Assembly: GCF_009914755.1 (NCBI RefSeq)
Contig: NC_060932.1
DNA from: the human T2T-CHM13v2.0 reference genome, Homo sapiens
DNA: 64,000 bases
Direction: 5' to 3' (one strand)
This document shows positions 44,226-57,990 of this stretch, piece after piece; position 1 is the first letter of the stretch, and each line of letters begins with the position of its first letter. The position numbers and the translations under genes were made by a program. The notes beneath the pieces were generated by a model, which worked only from the letters and a program-made list of their open reading frames with translations, was not told where the DNA came from and made no database searches.

Positions 44226-47200
44226 GGTCTAGATATTGTCACCTCAATCAAACATGACAAGTTCAGAATGGCAAAGAAGTGGGTTTCTGACCAGCTGCTC
44301 ATCTGGCTTCCTTTCAGTAGCCCACTCACTTTCTCCCACAAACTCTTAACGGGACAAAGTTCAGGAGGCATTAAGCAACAAGGTGCCTTTAGCCAGGGTT
44401 TGGAAACACAAAGAAATCTTGAATTGCTGGTTCCAATTCTAACCACAGTAAGAAAAAAGTTAAATGATGTTTCAATTAAAGCACTGAGTGACCAGCACAC
44501 TTATAGCTAGTATAGGAGAAAACAGTCAATATTCCAAGAATGGTGCCAGAGTAAAATGGAAATCTTATGAGTTTTTATTATATACTTGTCAGGCTTATTA
44601 TAAGGTGGTATATTCAATTTAAAAGCTGCCTATCAGTTATAAAACTATATGCAAAAAATTTTAAGGATTTGTATACTCTAGCTTAAGAGGTAGAGAATGC
44701 ATGCAGTAGATAGTGCCAAAGAGCCCTTTGGGACTGTCTAAAAGAATATCATTAATTTTTACAGTGTACTTCCATTTCTGGAGCAGTTCCAGCATTGGCT
44801 TTCTATAAAAATCATTTCAAGTTTAGAATTATGCTATTTGCTTGCAGCAACATCACAGGAGCAGTAGTGCGCCATATGTTGCTACTTAGCAACTTAGTCT
44901 ATAAGTCCCAAAGCATGTACTGATTTGAAAATTGAACAGGAATTATAATTGTTGAGTGATGCTATGAGGCAAGTTGTCTTGGATTACTAAACTATGCAGA
45001 TGTTTGATGTTATGTAGGAAAAGGAAAAAACTATTTTTTTTTTCCCTGCAGGATGACTAAAATCTTATTTATGGTTGCCTAAAGGGGTAAATTGATTAAA
45101 ATTCCCTAAAAGAATACCAGGTAATGAATTCTTGAACACACACTATTACAGTAAACAAAAGGAATGTTAAGTGTAAAATTTAGCTAAGGCCATTCAACTT
45201 ATGTAATTTGTGAAGTTTATTTTTCTCCAGAGTATGTATTATCTTACACTAGTCTAAATTTTAAAACAGCACATTCTAAAAACATTTTCATATATGCTAC
45301 ACTATTTTTTTAAGTGTTTATTTCTGGATCACAAGCCTGCCCTATCTTTATAAAGCACAAAAGTATTTGGGGCTCTTCTTTACAAATTATCACTGGTATC
45401 CAAAACATTCTTAGTAACTCCTGACTGACATATGAAGAAAAACAATGTTAGTTGTTTGATTTCAGTAAGGGCTTAATATTATGCATTGTACTTGAATTTT
45501 AAAATCTAAGGAGCCAAGTCATTATGATGTATATGTTCTGAATTTCCAATCCTTTATCCAAAACTCTTTAAGACGGACATAATGATTCTCTAAGAGGGAG
45601 CAGCTGCTTTATAACAGCCATCATTTATTGAGTTTGTGTTTCTACTGTTTCAAACAAATTCAATTAGCCCTTACACTTCAAAACCCTAAAGGCACCAAAG
45701 AGATGATACCAGGTTGCTTTAATCTAATAGTAATACTAAACTTGTCAGTACAGTTTTGGGATTGATGGTTAGAAGAAAATTAATAGTAACATTTTTCATT
45801 TTTTAATCAAACAGTCCTGTTCAGAACTACCTATGGATCTTGGAGGCTACTTAGCCAAATGAATTCAGTTAAGGAAGAATTCTAAATGCAAAGCTCAGCC
45901 TTCCAAAAGTATTCTTAGAGTGAACAGCTCAGTTGAATGGAAGGCAATGTAGTCAGGATCTTTGAACTTCATGATGACCTTTTCAGCTGAACAATACTGT
46001 GTAGTTTCCAGAATATCTGCCAGAGAAGGCAGTAATCCTAATGACTTCTAAATGCAAAGTTCAGGGAGATGCAGGCCTGCCTCTGTTTTGAGTTAAGTAT
46101 GAGACATTTTGGTCACAGAGTGCATCCTTAACATATACATTAGATTTAATTCACTGACAACCTTAATGAAGAAAAAGAAGTTTTATGCTCCCTCCCAACC
46201 CCATTCCCCAACCACTCCCAGTTATTAAATCTATATGTGCGGATATGTAGGCATTGAACATTACTAAGAGGTTATTTTAGAATTACTAACATATGAAATT
46301 CCAATCTACCATGGTTTTTACCATTCTAGAAAAAACAAGTTTGTGTCAACAAAATGCCCCTGTGAACTGTTCCTTGCTTTCACTTATTCGTTTATTTATT
46401 TTTGCTTACAATGTTCTTATATTTTACGTTATACTGGTATCCAAGGGCAGTTATAATTTGGCTTTAAATGTTCTGCTGAATTAAAGGACCTGGACTTAAG
46501 TATCTAAAAATAAATAGTCAAACATTTACTTTTATAAGTGTAACCATTTACATTCTCATTGGACTTTTGTTGTCATTTCTCATGATTAAATACCTTGTCA
46601 ACTATTCCCAGTGAAATGTATACAAAGGTGCCCTTGAAAGGTTTCAATCATATCATGTTTTTTGGCCTGAAAGCTCCTCCCCAGCCCCCACTCCTTACCT
46701 CCCCAGGAGACCGTGAAAGCAGCCTTCTAGCCCCACCGGCCATGGGATTTGGGTTACGAACGTTACGTTTTGTTGAAAATGGCCCCAACCATTGATAATT
46801 AAAGCTATTTGTGACACGTGTAGCTTATAATGATTAAATCGTCTACAGTCAGAAGCACAAATATCCTGCACCTGTAAAGACTTTATTTCCTAAAGGTAAA
46901 ACAACTGTTTAGGAAAGATCATGCTGGCAAAACAGCTGCCTGACGTTCTGGAGAGGAAACAAGGTAGTATCTTTCAACAAATGCCAACTCTGGCGTTTTA
47001 TCAGCTCTATCTCATTAACTGGAAACAAGGCTTAAATGCTTTGTTTATAAATTATGATTATTCCTGATTGCGGCAGTTACTGATAGTGCTACTCATTTGC
47101 AATGCAACTCTTTGAATTTGTTTAATTACAATTTGAAACAAGGCAGAGAAGATTAATTAACCCACCTGGCTGGCTGGCACATAGTCCTGGCTCGGCTCTG

Positions 47201-47278
47201 TCATGCTCATATACATGTTCTCACCGTCAAACTGCGAATGAAATAATAGTAAACATTCAGCAATCTTGACTGCGGGTA

Positions 47279-47311
<33 letters not shown>

Positions 47312-48755
47312 AACCATCAAACTGGAAAACAGTAGCCATAAAAAATACTGCGGCTGGGACTATGGAAAATCTGTCACAGCAAGCGAGCCACATCTTTGAT
47401 GTTTCTGTTGTCATCCTTACTGACCCTGGATGTCAGTGATTTGGAGTAATTAGTGCTCTAGTAATTACAGCAAGCAAGCAAGAAATGAATGGTTTCCTTT
47501 CATCTGCAATCTGTTTTAAAACAAAATGGCTCATTTTGCACGCCATGTATACATATTGCAGTTCAGTTGTAATGAAGTATTAAATGAATGGCATGATTTC
47601 TGAAAGAAAAGAATAACGAAAAATACACGAAGGCATAGCTCGGTGCATTCTGAGTTTAGCTCTCAAAAAAGAAAAAGTGCAGAGTTTTCATAATAGACTA
47701 AAACTGGCATCATCATAATAGCCTTCTGATTAAGAAAAATTTAACTTTATAATAATATTTGAAAAGAGCATGTGTCACTACAACCATGGCTAAGAATGAT
47801 AATAACAATAAAAATACACAGGCACAATGAAATACTCCTTTTTGAAATATTTCAGATATCGAATTTATGTATTAAAAATGCATAGAAATTCATACGCAAA
47901 TTTTCAAGTTAGGAAAAGGATGAAAGAAAGAAATTCGCAGGGGCAGCACAATTGGAGAACTCTCAAATAGTTCAAGCAACAACAACAATAACAACAACAA
48001 AATACTTTTCAGTATTTGGGGTTTTGCAAGTAGTCATCACTCTACTCAGACTTAATCCTCAGCTATTTTTAGTCACTTGATAGATGAGCAAAGCATTTCT
48101 CTTTTAGTTAGAGGAAGAATTTTTCCAAGGTAATAATCAAATGGATGAACACAATAACTTCACAGAGCTGGGTCTGAATATACTTTCATTGGTGGACTAA
48201 CTTCAGACATGGGGAATTGGAAGTCTGAATTATTATTTTTGAAACAGAATAGTGTTATTGATAGTGGTGCAAACCATGGTATTATGGACATACTTCATAC
48301 ACTATGAAAAAATGGTGTTATATAAGAACATAAAAAATATTGTACTATAGACATCTCATTCCACCACCTATGAACTGCTAGCAGAAGGTTATACCAACAT
48401 GAGGGTCGCTCACAGCCTCTAAACTGTAATTGCCAGAGTGGGTGCCCTGAAAATTCACGTCAACATAAGCTGTAAATAAAGACCTCCCTAAAGACATGGA
48501 AGCACTCACGAGACTAAGCTCAGAGAATCAAAGGATTTCTTCGCACATCACCCTAAAAATATATTTCACATTATGTGAACAACTTATCTAAACAGAATGA
48601 AATTACTTACTGAAAGATGTGGTTGTTAGAGCAAATAAAAAATAGTACAAGTGGAAAAAGAAAAGCTGGGTGTTTTGGTTGCTCTGTCAACTGGCTCATG
48701 AACCCGGAGTTAAGTGACTTACCCCAGGTTGCTTTTCCATTGAACAGGTGAACTC

Positions 48756-49027
48756 TTTTTTTTTTTTTTGAGATGGAGTTTCACTCTGTCACCCAGGCTG
48801 AGTGAAATGGCGCGATCGCAGCTCACTGCAATCTCCGCCTCCCAGGTTCAAGTGATTCTCCTGCCTCAGCCTCCTGAGTAGCTGGGACTACAGGTGCCCA
48901 CCACCACGCCCAGCTAATTTTTGTATTTTTAGTAGAGGCAGGGTCTTGAACTCTTGACCTCAGCCTCCCAAAGCCTGCCTCAGCCTCCCAAAGTGTGGGA
49001 TTGCAGGCATGAGCCACCATGCCCAGC
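48756..49027 (-). mobile_element. AluS with rearranged left arm
   Basis: Reverse Alu. TSD TGAACAGGTGAA(C/T)TC at 48741-48755 and 49028-49042. Confidence 0.93.
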
Positions 49028-49599
49028 TGAACAGGTGAATTCTTTTCAACACAAAGATAGGCCAGCCCCAACCAATCTGCCTGTTACTCCTAACAACTCA
49101 AGACCTAACAAAGAGCCTCACTGTGCATTTCTTCATCTCCACCCACTGTTGGAGTACACTGGTTTGTTTGCAAATGGTTTTCATGTTAAGGTGCCAAGGA
49201 ACCGTTTAAAATATGGACAGTTTCTCTGACTGTAACAAACTAAACCGAAGAAGTGGAGTGAACCAAATACTCCACTGCTTGTGCATATTCTATAAATGTG
49301 TTACTTTCTATTTCATCTTCTCTAACTCATTTTCTAAATCTGGTGTTGTTCTCAAGCCAGCTAAAGGCTTTGAAGTTTTGGGTTGAGTCTATCCAACATG
49401 TACGCTAATTGAGTACATTCAGTGTTACTGCTCTTGATGAAGTCTCTTTCCTCAAGAAGTACCAACACTTAGGTAATATTGAGCCAAGACTAAAACAGCA
49501 TTTTACCATAAAAGACTTGTGGCTATCGGCATTATAACTATATTTTTAAGTATATTTTATGTTCCTGCCACCTGTATCTTTACATGTATTAACTGATTT

Positions 49600-49780
49600 A
49601 AGCATCACAAAACCAAGAGTTAGGTATTATTATTACCTACATTTTACGAAAGAAGATACAAAGGCACAGATAAGTTAAGCTAGATGCTTCAAGCTACATA
49701 GCTTGTGAGAGGTAGGGCTGGGATGCAAACCGAGGACCCCTGGCTTTTTAGCCACCCATGCACTTCACCACCAGAGCATA
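49600..49780 (-). mobile_element. MIR remnant
   Basis: TAGGTATTATTATTACCTACATTTTAC...AAGGCACAGATAAGTTAAG...GGGCTGGGATGCAAACC. Confidence 0.6.
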
Positions 49781-49877
49781 TCAATATATTCTGAATCATA
49801 ATGATAAGTTAGCTATCAATTCTGAAAATAACATCAAAAAATTATCAAAGCAGAGTGATGACATTATCTCAATGACA

Positions 49878-49972
49878 CTTAGCCCAATGTGGTGGCACAT
49901 GTCTGTGGTCCCAGCTACTTGGGAGGCTAAGGTGGGAGGACTGCTTGAGCCTGGGAGGTTGAGGCTGCAGGT
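49878..49972 (+). mobile_element. Alu (AluJ/FRAM-like) fragment
   Basis: TTAGCC...GTGGTGGCACATGTCTGTGGTCCCAGCTACTTGGGAGGCT...GAGGTTGAGGCTGCAG, truncated. Confidence 0.8.
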
Positions 49973-50069
49973 ATATTATCCAGAATTTGTGGTATTGTGA
50001 GAATTTTTTTAAGTGTCGTGAGGAGCTGTCAACCTAGTATTTGGCCTGGCAGAAAACTGAGAGAGGGAA

Positions 50070-50649
50070 TTATGGTTAATTCTATAGGTCAACTTGACTA
50101 GGCCATGGGCTGCCCAGGTATTTGGTCAAACATTCTTCTGGGTGTGTCCATGAGGGTGTTTCTGAGCGAGAATAACATGTGAATTGACAGACTGGGTAAA
50201 GCAGATTGCTCTCCCCAAGGTGGGTGGGCCTCAGCCAATTAGTTGAAGGCTTGACTAGAACAGTAAGGACTGACTAGACTAAATGAATTCCTCCTGACTC
50301 ACTGTTGAGGTGAGACATCAGTCTTTCACTGTTTTGGGGCATGACTTGAAATAACATTGGCTCTTGTTGGACCTCAAACTTGCCAGCTTTCGGTCTGGAA
50401 CTACACCATCGGTTCTCCTGGCTCTCCAGCTTGCTAACTGCAGGTCTTGGGACATCTCAGTATCCATAATCATGTCAGCCAATTCCTTATACTGAATCTC
50501 TTTTGATAGATAGAAGATAGATAGATATATATATATATATATAGATAGATAGATAGATAGATAGATAGGTAGATAGATAGACAGACAGATACATAGATCA
50601 TCTATCCATCCATCCAGTTGGTTTTGTTTCTCTGGAGCACCCTAATACA
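50070..50649 (+). mobile_element. MLT2-family (ERVL) solo LTR containing a (TAGA)n/(TA)n microsatellite at ~50505-50600
   Basis: Starts ATGGTTAATTCTATAGGTCAACTTGACTAGGCCA and ends TTGGTTTTGTTTCTCTGGAGCACCCTAATACA. Confidence 0.88.
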
Positions 50650-52090
50650 GGTGGCTTTTAAAAATTACTATCAGGATATTCAGAACTCCTCCAAAAGTGT
50701 ATTTCTGGGGAGCCTACAATATACAAATGTATTTATTTCATGCTATCACTTGCTTTCTAGAGGAGAAGAGCCATGTTGATTTGCTATGAGACTCTCTGCT
50801 CACAGTTCCTATCACACCCACTTCCTGTGTTCCAGTTCATCCCACCCACATAATCACACCTCTTTGTCCAGAATGCCTTCCTTCCCTTTCACTTGTCGCA
50901 GTGTTTTGTAGACTCCTCACCTCTCCTTAGTGAGGGCTGGGCTGTCTGCAGGCTCTGGGCTCCCCTAGGCAGCCCTCTGTTTCAGGGCAGGTTTTGTTGG
51001 GGGATTGATTCCACTAGACTGGGAGCCACCAGAGGGAATGGTGCATACCTTCCTTATCTTTAGTGCCTCTATGGCTTAGGGCTGGCACGTAATAGGTCTT
51101 CGGAAATGTTTATTGCCTAAATAAGAAAAACTGAAACATATTTGCTGGATTAAATATATTATCTTTCTAGAGAAGGTGGTGACTTGAGAAGAGGATGAAT
51201 TTCAGCTTTCGGAGAATGGTTTGATGGCTTTTTAAGGCAGGTGACTCAAAGTCTTACAGTGGATTAAGACTGATATAAGCACAGATGCCCTTAAAGAGAA
51301 CAACAACGACAACAACAACAAAAAAGAATAAAAAGAAAAGAAAGTACAGAAATGGCCAGGGCACCATTACTCAAATGTTAGATTCAGTTCTTCCTCAGGA
51401 TTTTTATTTAATAAAATTTTATTTAATATAAAACATATAGACTGGTCAGGAATCAAGAGACCTGGCTATAAATAAAATGTGTATGCCCTCTCTCCAAAGA
51501 ATCTTGAGCTGCCAAATAAAAATACGTATGTGTATCAGAATAGGCGTAGTCATTCCCATTGAGGTTGAAATCTCGTGGTTGGACACACTCCAGGGCCCAG
51601 GTGAGAAGAGTAAGCCAAGATCCCAGCATTCACAGGACCTTTCCCACCCCACCCTATCAGGTTAATATTATCACTGCACTGTCACAGCTCCGTCCAACCA
51701 CACCCTGACCAGGAGCTGGTTCCAGGGTTCTCAGCAGGCCTCCTGCTGACCCAACAATCTTAGAAAGCACCCCATGCCATGGGCTTGTGGACAATTGTCA
51801 CTTGAAGTAGAATTATAGCTCTTGGTCTTAGAAGTGTGCTTGTAGAATGAGGCCTGAAACCATCATATCAGAATCTCTCATGTCATGATTGAATAAATAG
51901 ACTTTGTATTGTTTATAAGGTTCAGCTGGGGATAGAACTAAGGTCTGGATTCTTAGTAGAAGAGTTTTCCACTATGACATACTGCTTTTTACTCCAACAC
52001 TCATAAAAAATGAGGAATCAGACTCTGACTACAGCTTTATACTTCATCTCCATAAGAAGTGGGAATAGACTCAATGGCTATTTGTAGCTG

Positions 52091-52119
52091 GTGTGTGTGT
52101 GTGTGTGTGTGTGTGTGTG
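52091..52119. repeat. (GT)14 microsatellite
   Basis: Perfect dinucleotide run. Confidence 0.97.
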
Positions 52120-53121
52120 CACCCTACAGACCTGAAGGCACAGCATTCACATTACCACATTCTAATGACCCCACTTCACTCTACCTGGATTACAGATTAG
52201 GTGAGCATTATTAGTAACTATTGCAATAAAATCGTATTTATTAAATATAACTAACTGCATTTCCTTACTCCGTATGCTCATCACAGTTATTATTCTTAGA
52301 AGTCAACTGAATTTAGGCATCATAACTTTTCAAAATATATCTAAGCATACTAGGGCTTTTAATTTCCATGTATTCTCAATTTAAAACCTGAAGCAAAGTT
52401 TGAAAGAATAAATAGGCTGATTTATTTAAATCTAAATGTAAATGGCATCAACCTAGGATCAGCCTTCTTGACCAAGCGCTTTTAGACTCTTTATTGTGTT
52501 TTTATTTCAAAGCACCAGGGGATGCAATCATATAAAAAGTCATTTATAATCTTCTACTTCAGTTTTTTGAAATTGTTTTTAGAGGATATTAACCAAACCC
52601 ATAATCCCAAAGAGCTTTCAAACTAGGTAGTTATTATTTCTTTTATTTAAAAATTGAAAGGAGAAATCTAGCAATATCTGAACATAGCGAATGACGAGCA
52701 AAAATGGGCGATATTAGGCTACCAAAACCACAAAGACAAGAAAAGTCAAAAATAGAATGTGAAGTGTAAATCAGTCATTGGCACTGGTACAGAAAATGGG
52801 AACATTTTAGGGAAACCATTAAAAGAAAATCAGAAAACTGCTGCTGAGGGGGAAAAACAGCCTCATGGAATTCATGAAACAGTACCACATTGTATTGCCT
52901 ATAAAGGGAAAAATCTTACATTTCTGGGTGTTTTCTGAAAGAATATTTGATACTTTGATGTTTGAAAAGAAGGGCTAAAAATGGAAATGTTTATAACAGG
53001 GGGTCAATTTGACATTTCTTAGATGATGCATTATAATAAATCATTTTTAGAGAGGCTAATATCCCCAAAACAAAATTTCCATTTTTGTATTCCTTGGCCC
53101 AGTATAAGATTACGAGTCATC

Positions 53122-53122
<1 letters not shown>

Positions 53123-53154
<32 letters not shown>
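53123..53154. repeat. Isolated T32 homopolymer
   Basis: 32 consecutive T with no recognisable adjacent Alu or L1 body. Confidence 0.93.
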
Positions 53155-53155
<1 letters not shown>

Positions 53156-54102
53156 GTAACAGAAGAAATAAGGTTGGGCAATGAAGACTTTGTTGTTTCC
53201 TAGAAGCAAAGCATTTTGAAAGTTAAGCATCAAATATAGGGTGATAATATGCATAGTTGTAATGCTGTTCACATGCACAGTCACACAGATCCAGTGAAAA
53301 CTGAGCAAAGCTAACCCCCACACTTACTGCACATCCTCACCAGTCTCAAGAGAAGATGTCAGGAGGCACTGGAGAAGGAAGAGGTGTCTATTTATCTGCT
53401 AGTGTCAAGGCTGAACCTGTTGATGATACAAGTCTTAAGTCAGTCTGCCTCCATGCTGAGCCCAGCTGAATGAAACTGGTTCTGAGCACAGCACAACTGC
53501 AGAAGTGGATCACACTGAAAGGAAAGAGACCAGACTGAGCCGAGGCTATCAACACCCAAAGAAAAGAAAGCGGAGTTACTCTGCTAGTGCTTTTTATGGA
53601 TGTGCATTCCAACTCAGGAGCACACAGAGCTGAACTAGGGAAGAGCAATCCCTCTTGATTGGGCTCCTGTCACTTGAACTTGAGTGGTAAACACTCAACT
53701 ACAGATCTGAATGGTATGGAGAGGAAGAATGGCCTGGGTACAGTGCGGCTGCTTGGAAGACTTGGCCACGGGTGGGCAAAAGATAGTGCTAGACCCACAA
53801 CTTAGAAGCTGGACTCCACTTTGGGGCTGAGTTTGTATTTTCATTTTTGTCCCAGTGATATACTTATTTGGAGGAATATTAGATATTCTTTTTGTTAACT
53901 GTGAAAACTGAAATTTTCAATAATAATAATAATACTATGCATTTATCCTAAACCTGTGGCTCCATGGCATGAATCTCAAGAGAGAAACACGACAGTTTCC
54001 CTCTGCTGTTAAGGGTAAGGCTACAATGCAATGTTTTTCATTGTTGTGTTTTTGGTTTTTTGTTTTTAACCAAATACACCAAACTTATGATTCAAGTTAT
54101 TC

Positions 54103-54401
<299 letters not shown>

Positions 54402-54619
54402 AAGTTATTCTTTTAACTAGTATTAAGTAGTCACTTAGTAAGCTCTACAAGTAAGATAATGATGCCACAGTGGTTCAAACCAGTTTGAACTTCTTCCTTT
54501 GGAGGCCCTCTCTAATTTCACTAAATATATGAAGCCATTTAATTTTTGTAATAATCCTGTAATATTATTACTCTTATTTTATAGATGACAAAACACAAGG
54601 GAGTCCAGTAACTTGTCTG

Positions 54620-55112
54620 TGATGGATCCAGTTACATGCTCCCCAGATCTGCTCAGCCTGCCTGACCCTCAGGCTTCTGACCTTTGCTTCCAGGAACAGC
54701 TGACACTGTTCCCATGTAGCCTCCAGAGGCACCACTTCCATTGCCACCACAGCTACAAACCAAGGTGTCCCCAAGCACAGCAGCAATTTATATAGAGAAG
54801 CTTTGCACCTGGCTGGAGCTGAGGAGGTTTTGGGTAACATACTCTGAGAGTGCAGGGAAATTTCCTATTGTCCCATGGAAGGACTGGCTCATGATGTCCT
54901 CTGTAGCACCTCTATGTCCCTCATGCCCAGCAACCAGCGATGAGTTGTTGCAAAGCTATGGCCACTTGGAAATATACATCTTATGTTTTCTTCTCCATGC
55001 CTCCCTGCCTTGCTTACTTTCCCCTCACTCTGGTTTCCCTGGGCTTACATTCCCAGCATTAACACTCAAGCTTTCACTGCAGGCTCTGCTTTCTGGGAAC
55101 CTGAACTAAAAT
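54620..55112 (+). mobile_element. Ancient ERVL LTR (LTR33/LTR16-like) apparently splitting a MIR (~54540-54620 and ~55113-55170)
   Basis: 3' end CAGGCTCTGCTTTCTGGGAACCTGAACTAAAATA is typical of LTR16/33 families. MIR-like sequence lies on both sides. Confidence 0.6.
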
Positions 55113-56479
55113 AGTGCCCAATGGTACCAGTTAGTAAGTGACAACACTCTTAACTGCAATGCTATGCTAATCTCACTCCATCTTTGTTCTGCTTTCATTA
55201 TATTAAAGAGTCATCGATTCTATTTTAATTCCATATGCAAAGACAGAAACAAACTTATGAAACAGTGATAAATAGAAGAAACAAGAATTGCCTATATCAT
55301 GAAAGCATTACTCCATTTGAAAGAAAAAAATGCAAGTTTCTAGAAAACTTCATTAACCCTAAACTTTCAGTACCAAGCAATCCATTTTCATTATATATTG
55401 TTTAAGAAAAGAATATGTGGATGAAAGCTTAACTATAAAACCATTCTGGTGAATTTAATGAAAATAAGTTTAATAAAATGAAGATATGGATTTTACAAAA
55501 AGGCCTCCACAGGGTGTCTGATATCAGAAAATGAGGAGCAAAGACTTCGGCTTCTTTGTAGGAGCCTTCTTTTTCAAATGAATTCCCAAGTAATTTCTGA
55601 AATTCTGTAATGATTAAAGCTGTAAAACTATACCGTATAGTTGAAATTCAGCACAGTTTCAAATGATTGGTTCAGAACACTCCTCTGACTTTTCATGTTT
55701 TAGACAATTTTTTTCTGAATCCATCTACGAAGGAAAAATTTGAGAAGTGCATTCAAACTTGCTGCCGAAACTCACTTATTTCCACATCCTATCAGCTCTC
55801 ACCTCATTTACCACAGTACCTAAATTCAACATAGATGTGGAATGAAAAGTATGAAAGTAATTACTTTTTGGGGGTTGGACCTTTTATTGCTGCTATTTCT
55901 TTTTAAGCACAGTGAATATTTTTCAGTATCTGATAGATGCATAGAGAAAAAAGTAAGAATATTTTTCTACACATATCTGGTTTGGAACAGTATGCTCAGT
56001 TCTAGGAACCTCAAAACAAAACAAAACAAAAAATAAGACTAGTAAGTCAAGGCACTGGAAAGGTTATGGGAAGAGAATGACAGATGTATTAAAAAGAACA
56101 ACAGAGAAGTTGTATTTAGGTGACCACTGAGTGGGTTGAAACGGTAAAACTTTTTTAAAAAACCAAGGACAAACGATTCTTGAATAACTTTGAGATTAAA
56201 AGTGGTAGTATCAAATAAAAATAAAATACAAATAAGAAGGTACAGGTTATTAAGATGGAGATTCTCACTTCCCTATTATTATTACTCAGACAAATTACAT
56301 CGTGACTAAGTATAACAATTATGTGACAGAAATAGACTTTTGGTGATTAAACTCTCCTGGGGTAAGACAGGTGTGGAATGGTATTTTGGTATGCTCAGGC
56401 AAACCTGACCAATTTGAAACACATGAGGGTCAGTCTAGAACTACTCCATTTTTTAAGAGATATTTGACATTTATTTTTT

Positions 56480-57240
56480 CAGATTGCAGAGTTTCTGTTT
56501 TCTAAATGAAAACATGTCATTTTAAATAACTGGATTCAATGGCAAATCCTTCACGACATTGAGTATGAGTATGGATTTGTCCATTGTGAACCGAAGCAAA
56601 GCTCTGTTAACATATCTTTTGCATTTTAAGGAATCTGAGAAGTCTTTCAATCCATCATCATATCCGGAGTATAATGTTTTATTTTTTACATCTTCAAGTA
56701 CTACATAGTTATATTCATTATTGCCTAGTTGCCCTTCATAAAACCTCATGATCTCATGTAACTTTCCCTGCTGATTTATCTAAATTTTTATGAAGATTAT
56801 AGAATAATTTTCATTGCTTTAGTTTAAGGCTTCACACATAAGATGTCCCCTTCACAAGGCATATGCATTCAATGTATTTCAGATTTTCAGTTCCAAAGTG
56901 TCTTTGCTTATAGCACTTCTATCTCCTCTACACCGAGATCATTCTCCACTCCTGTTTGATTTTTTATAGCATTTTTCAAATACTTCATCCTCCCCTTTGA
57001 CAATGTCCATTTTATCATATGTTGCCAGAAACATGTCAAAGCCAAAACTGGAAGACTTGCTGGAAACAGCATGCTTGCTTCTACTCAAAGCCTTATTTAT
57101 TCTGCATTGTGAGAGATGATTGGTGCCCCTTGTCTTACTTTCTGGAATGTCACCATGTGATGCCCTTTTGCTGAAAAATTTGGAGAACAAAGTATCACCA
57201 CATGATGCTAACAGGCACAAACCACCTAGTATGGTCTTGT
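56480..57240 (-). pseudogene. Decayed hAT-like (Tip100/DUF4371-type) transposase coding remnant
   Basis: Minus-strand peptides SKRASHGDIPESKTRG..., MFLATYD and LEDVKNKTLYSGYDDGLKDFS...ALLRF resemble hAT motifs (FRGHDES; L.E.K....FS...D...D.S...L..RF). In-frame stops lie between them. Confidence 0.5.
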
Positions 57241-57289
57241 TGATACATTAAAATTAAATGATCATTAATATACTCCTAGATAAAAAATG

Positions 57290-57990
57290 TGATATCATTC
57301 ATTCATTCAACAAATGCTCATTTTGTGCCTACTTATATGCCAGGTACACACATGCATTAACTCATTTAATCCTCACAACAACCCCACAGTCAGTCAGTTT
57401 CCACGTTGTTTTACCAGTAAGAAAACTGAGTCCTGGAGAACTAAGTTTTAAATATTTCCGACATCACTCCTGTCTGCATCTACCTCTCTATTTTCTCTTG
57501 TCACTCTACATTTTATCCTTGCTTAGTGATTTTCATATGACCAGATAATCCCCATCTCTATGCTTACCCATCATCTCATCTGCCTAAAATACTTCTCCAG
57601 CTCCCACTTCCTTCTATTTCTCCCCTTATTTACTACTAATTAGATGATCATAGAATTTATCCTCCAGCTTGGAACACTTCTGACAGTGCCAGGAGGTAAG
57701 ATTACTAATTATGATTGAATAACATGCAGAAACTTGAAGTCTCCCAGCCAAGGAAAACCTTACCACCAGAAGGTAATCCTTCCCTGACCTCATGGATGAT
57801 TGAGGTGCCTTCTCTGTGCCTATGTCTGTGCTTTAAGGCATCTTGTGCTTATCCCAGCCCACATCTCTTTCTACTGTTGTTGCTTCACTACCTCTTTCCT
57901 ATATTGAACTATGAGCATTTTGAGGGCAGAGACCGTCCTAACTTACATTTCTATCTCTAGCACTTAGCATAGGCTTAGCACATTTTATTT
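57290..57990. mobile_element. MIR (-) and L2 (+) remnants
   Basis: CTCATTTAATCCTCACAACAACCC...AAAACTGAG (MIR); TGAACTATGAGCATTTTGAGGGCAGAGACCGT...CTAGCACTTAGCATAGG (L2 3' end). Confidence 0.55.

Noticed and set aside
53390-53780. Possible ancient LTR remnant (also ~35000-35520 and ~30400-30750)
   Set aside because: Composition is suggestive, but I could not match a family consensus with confidence.
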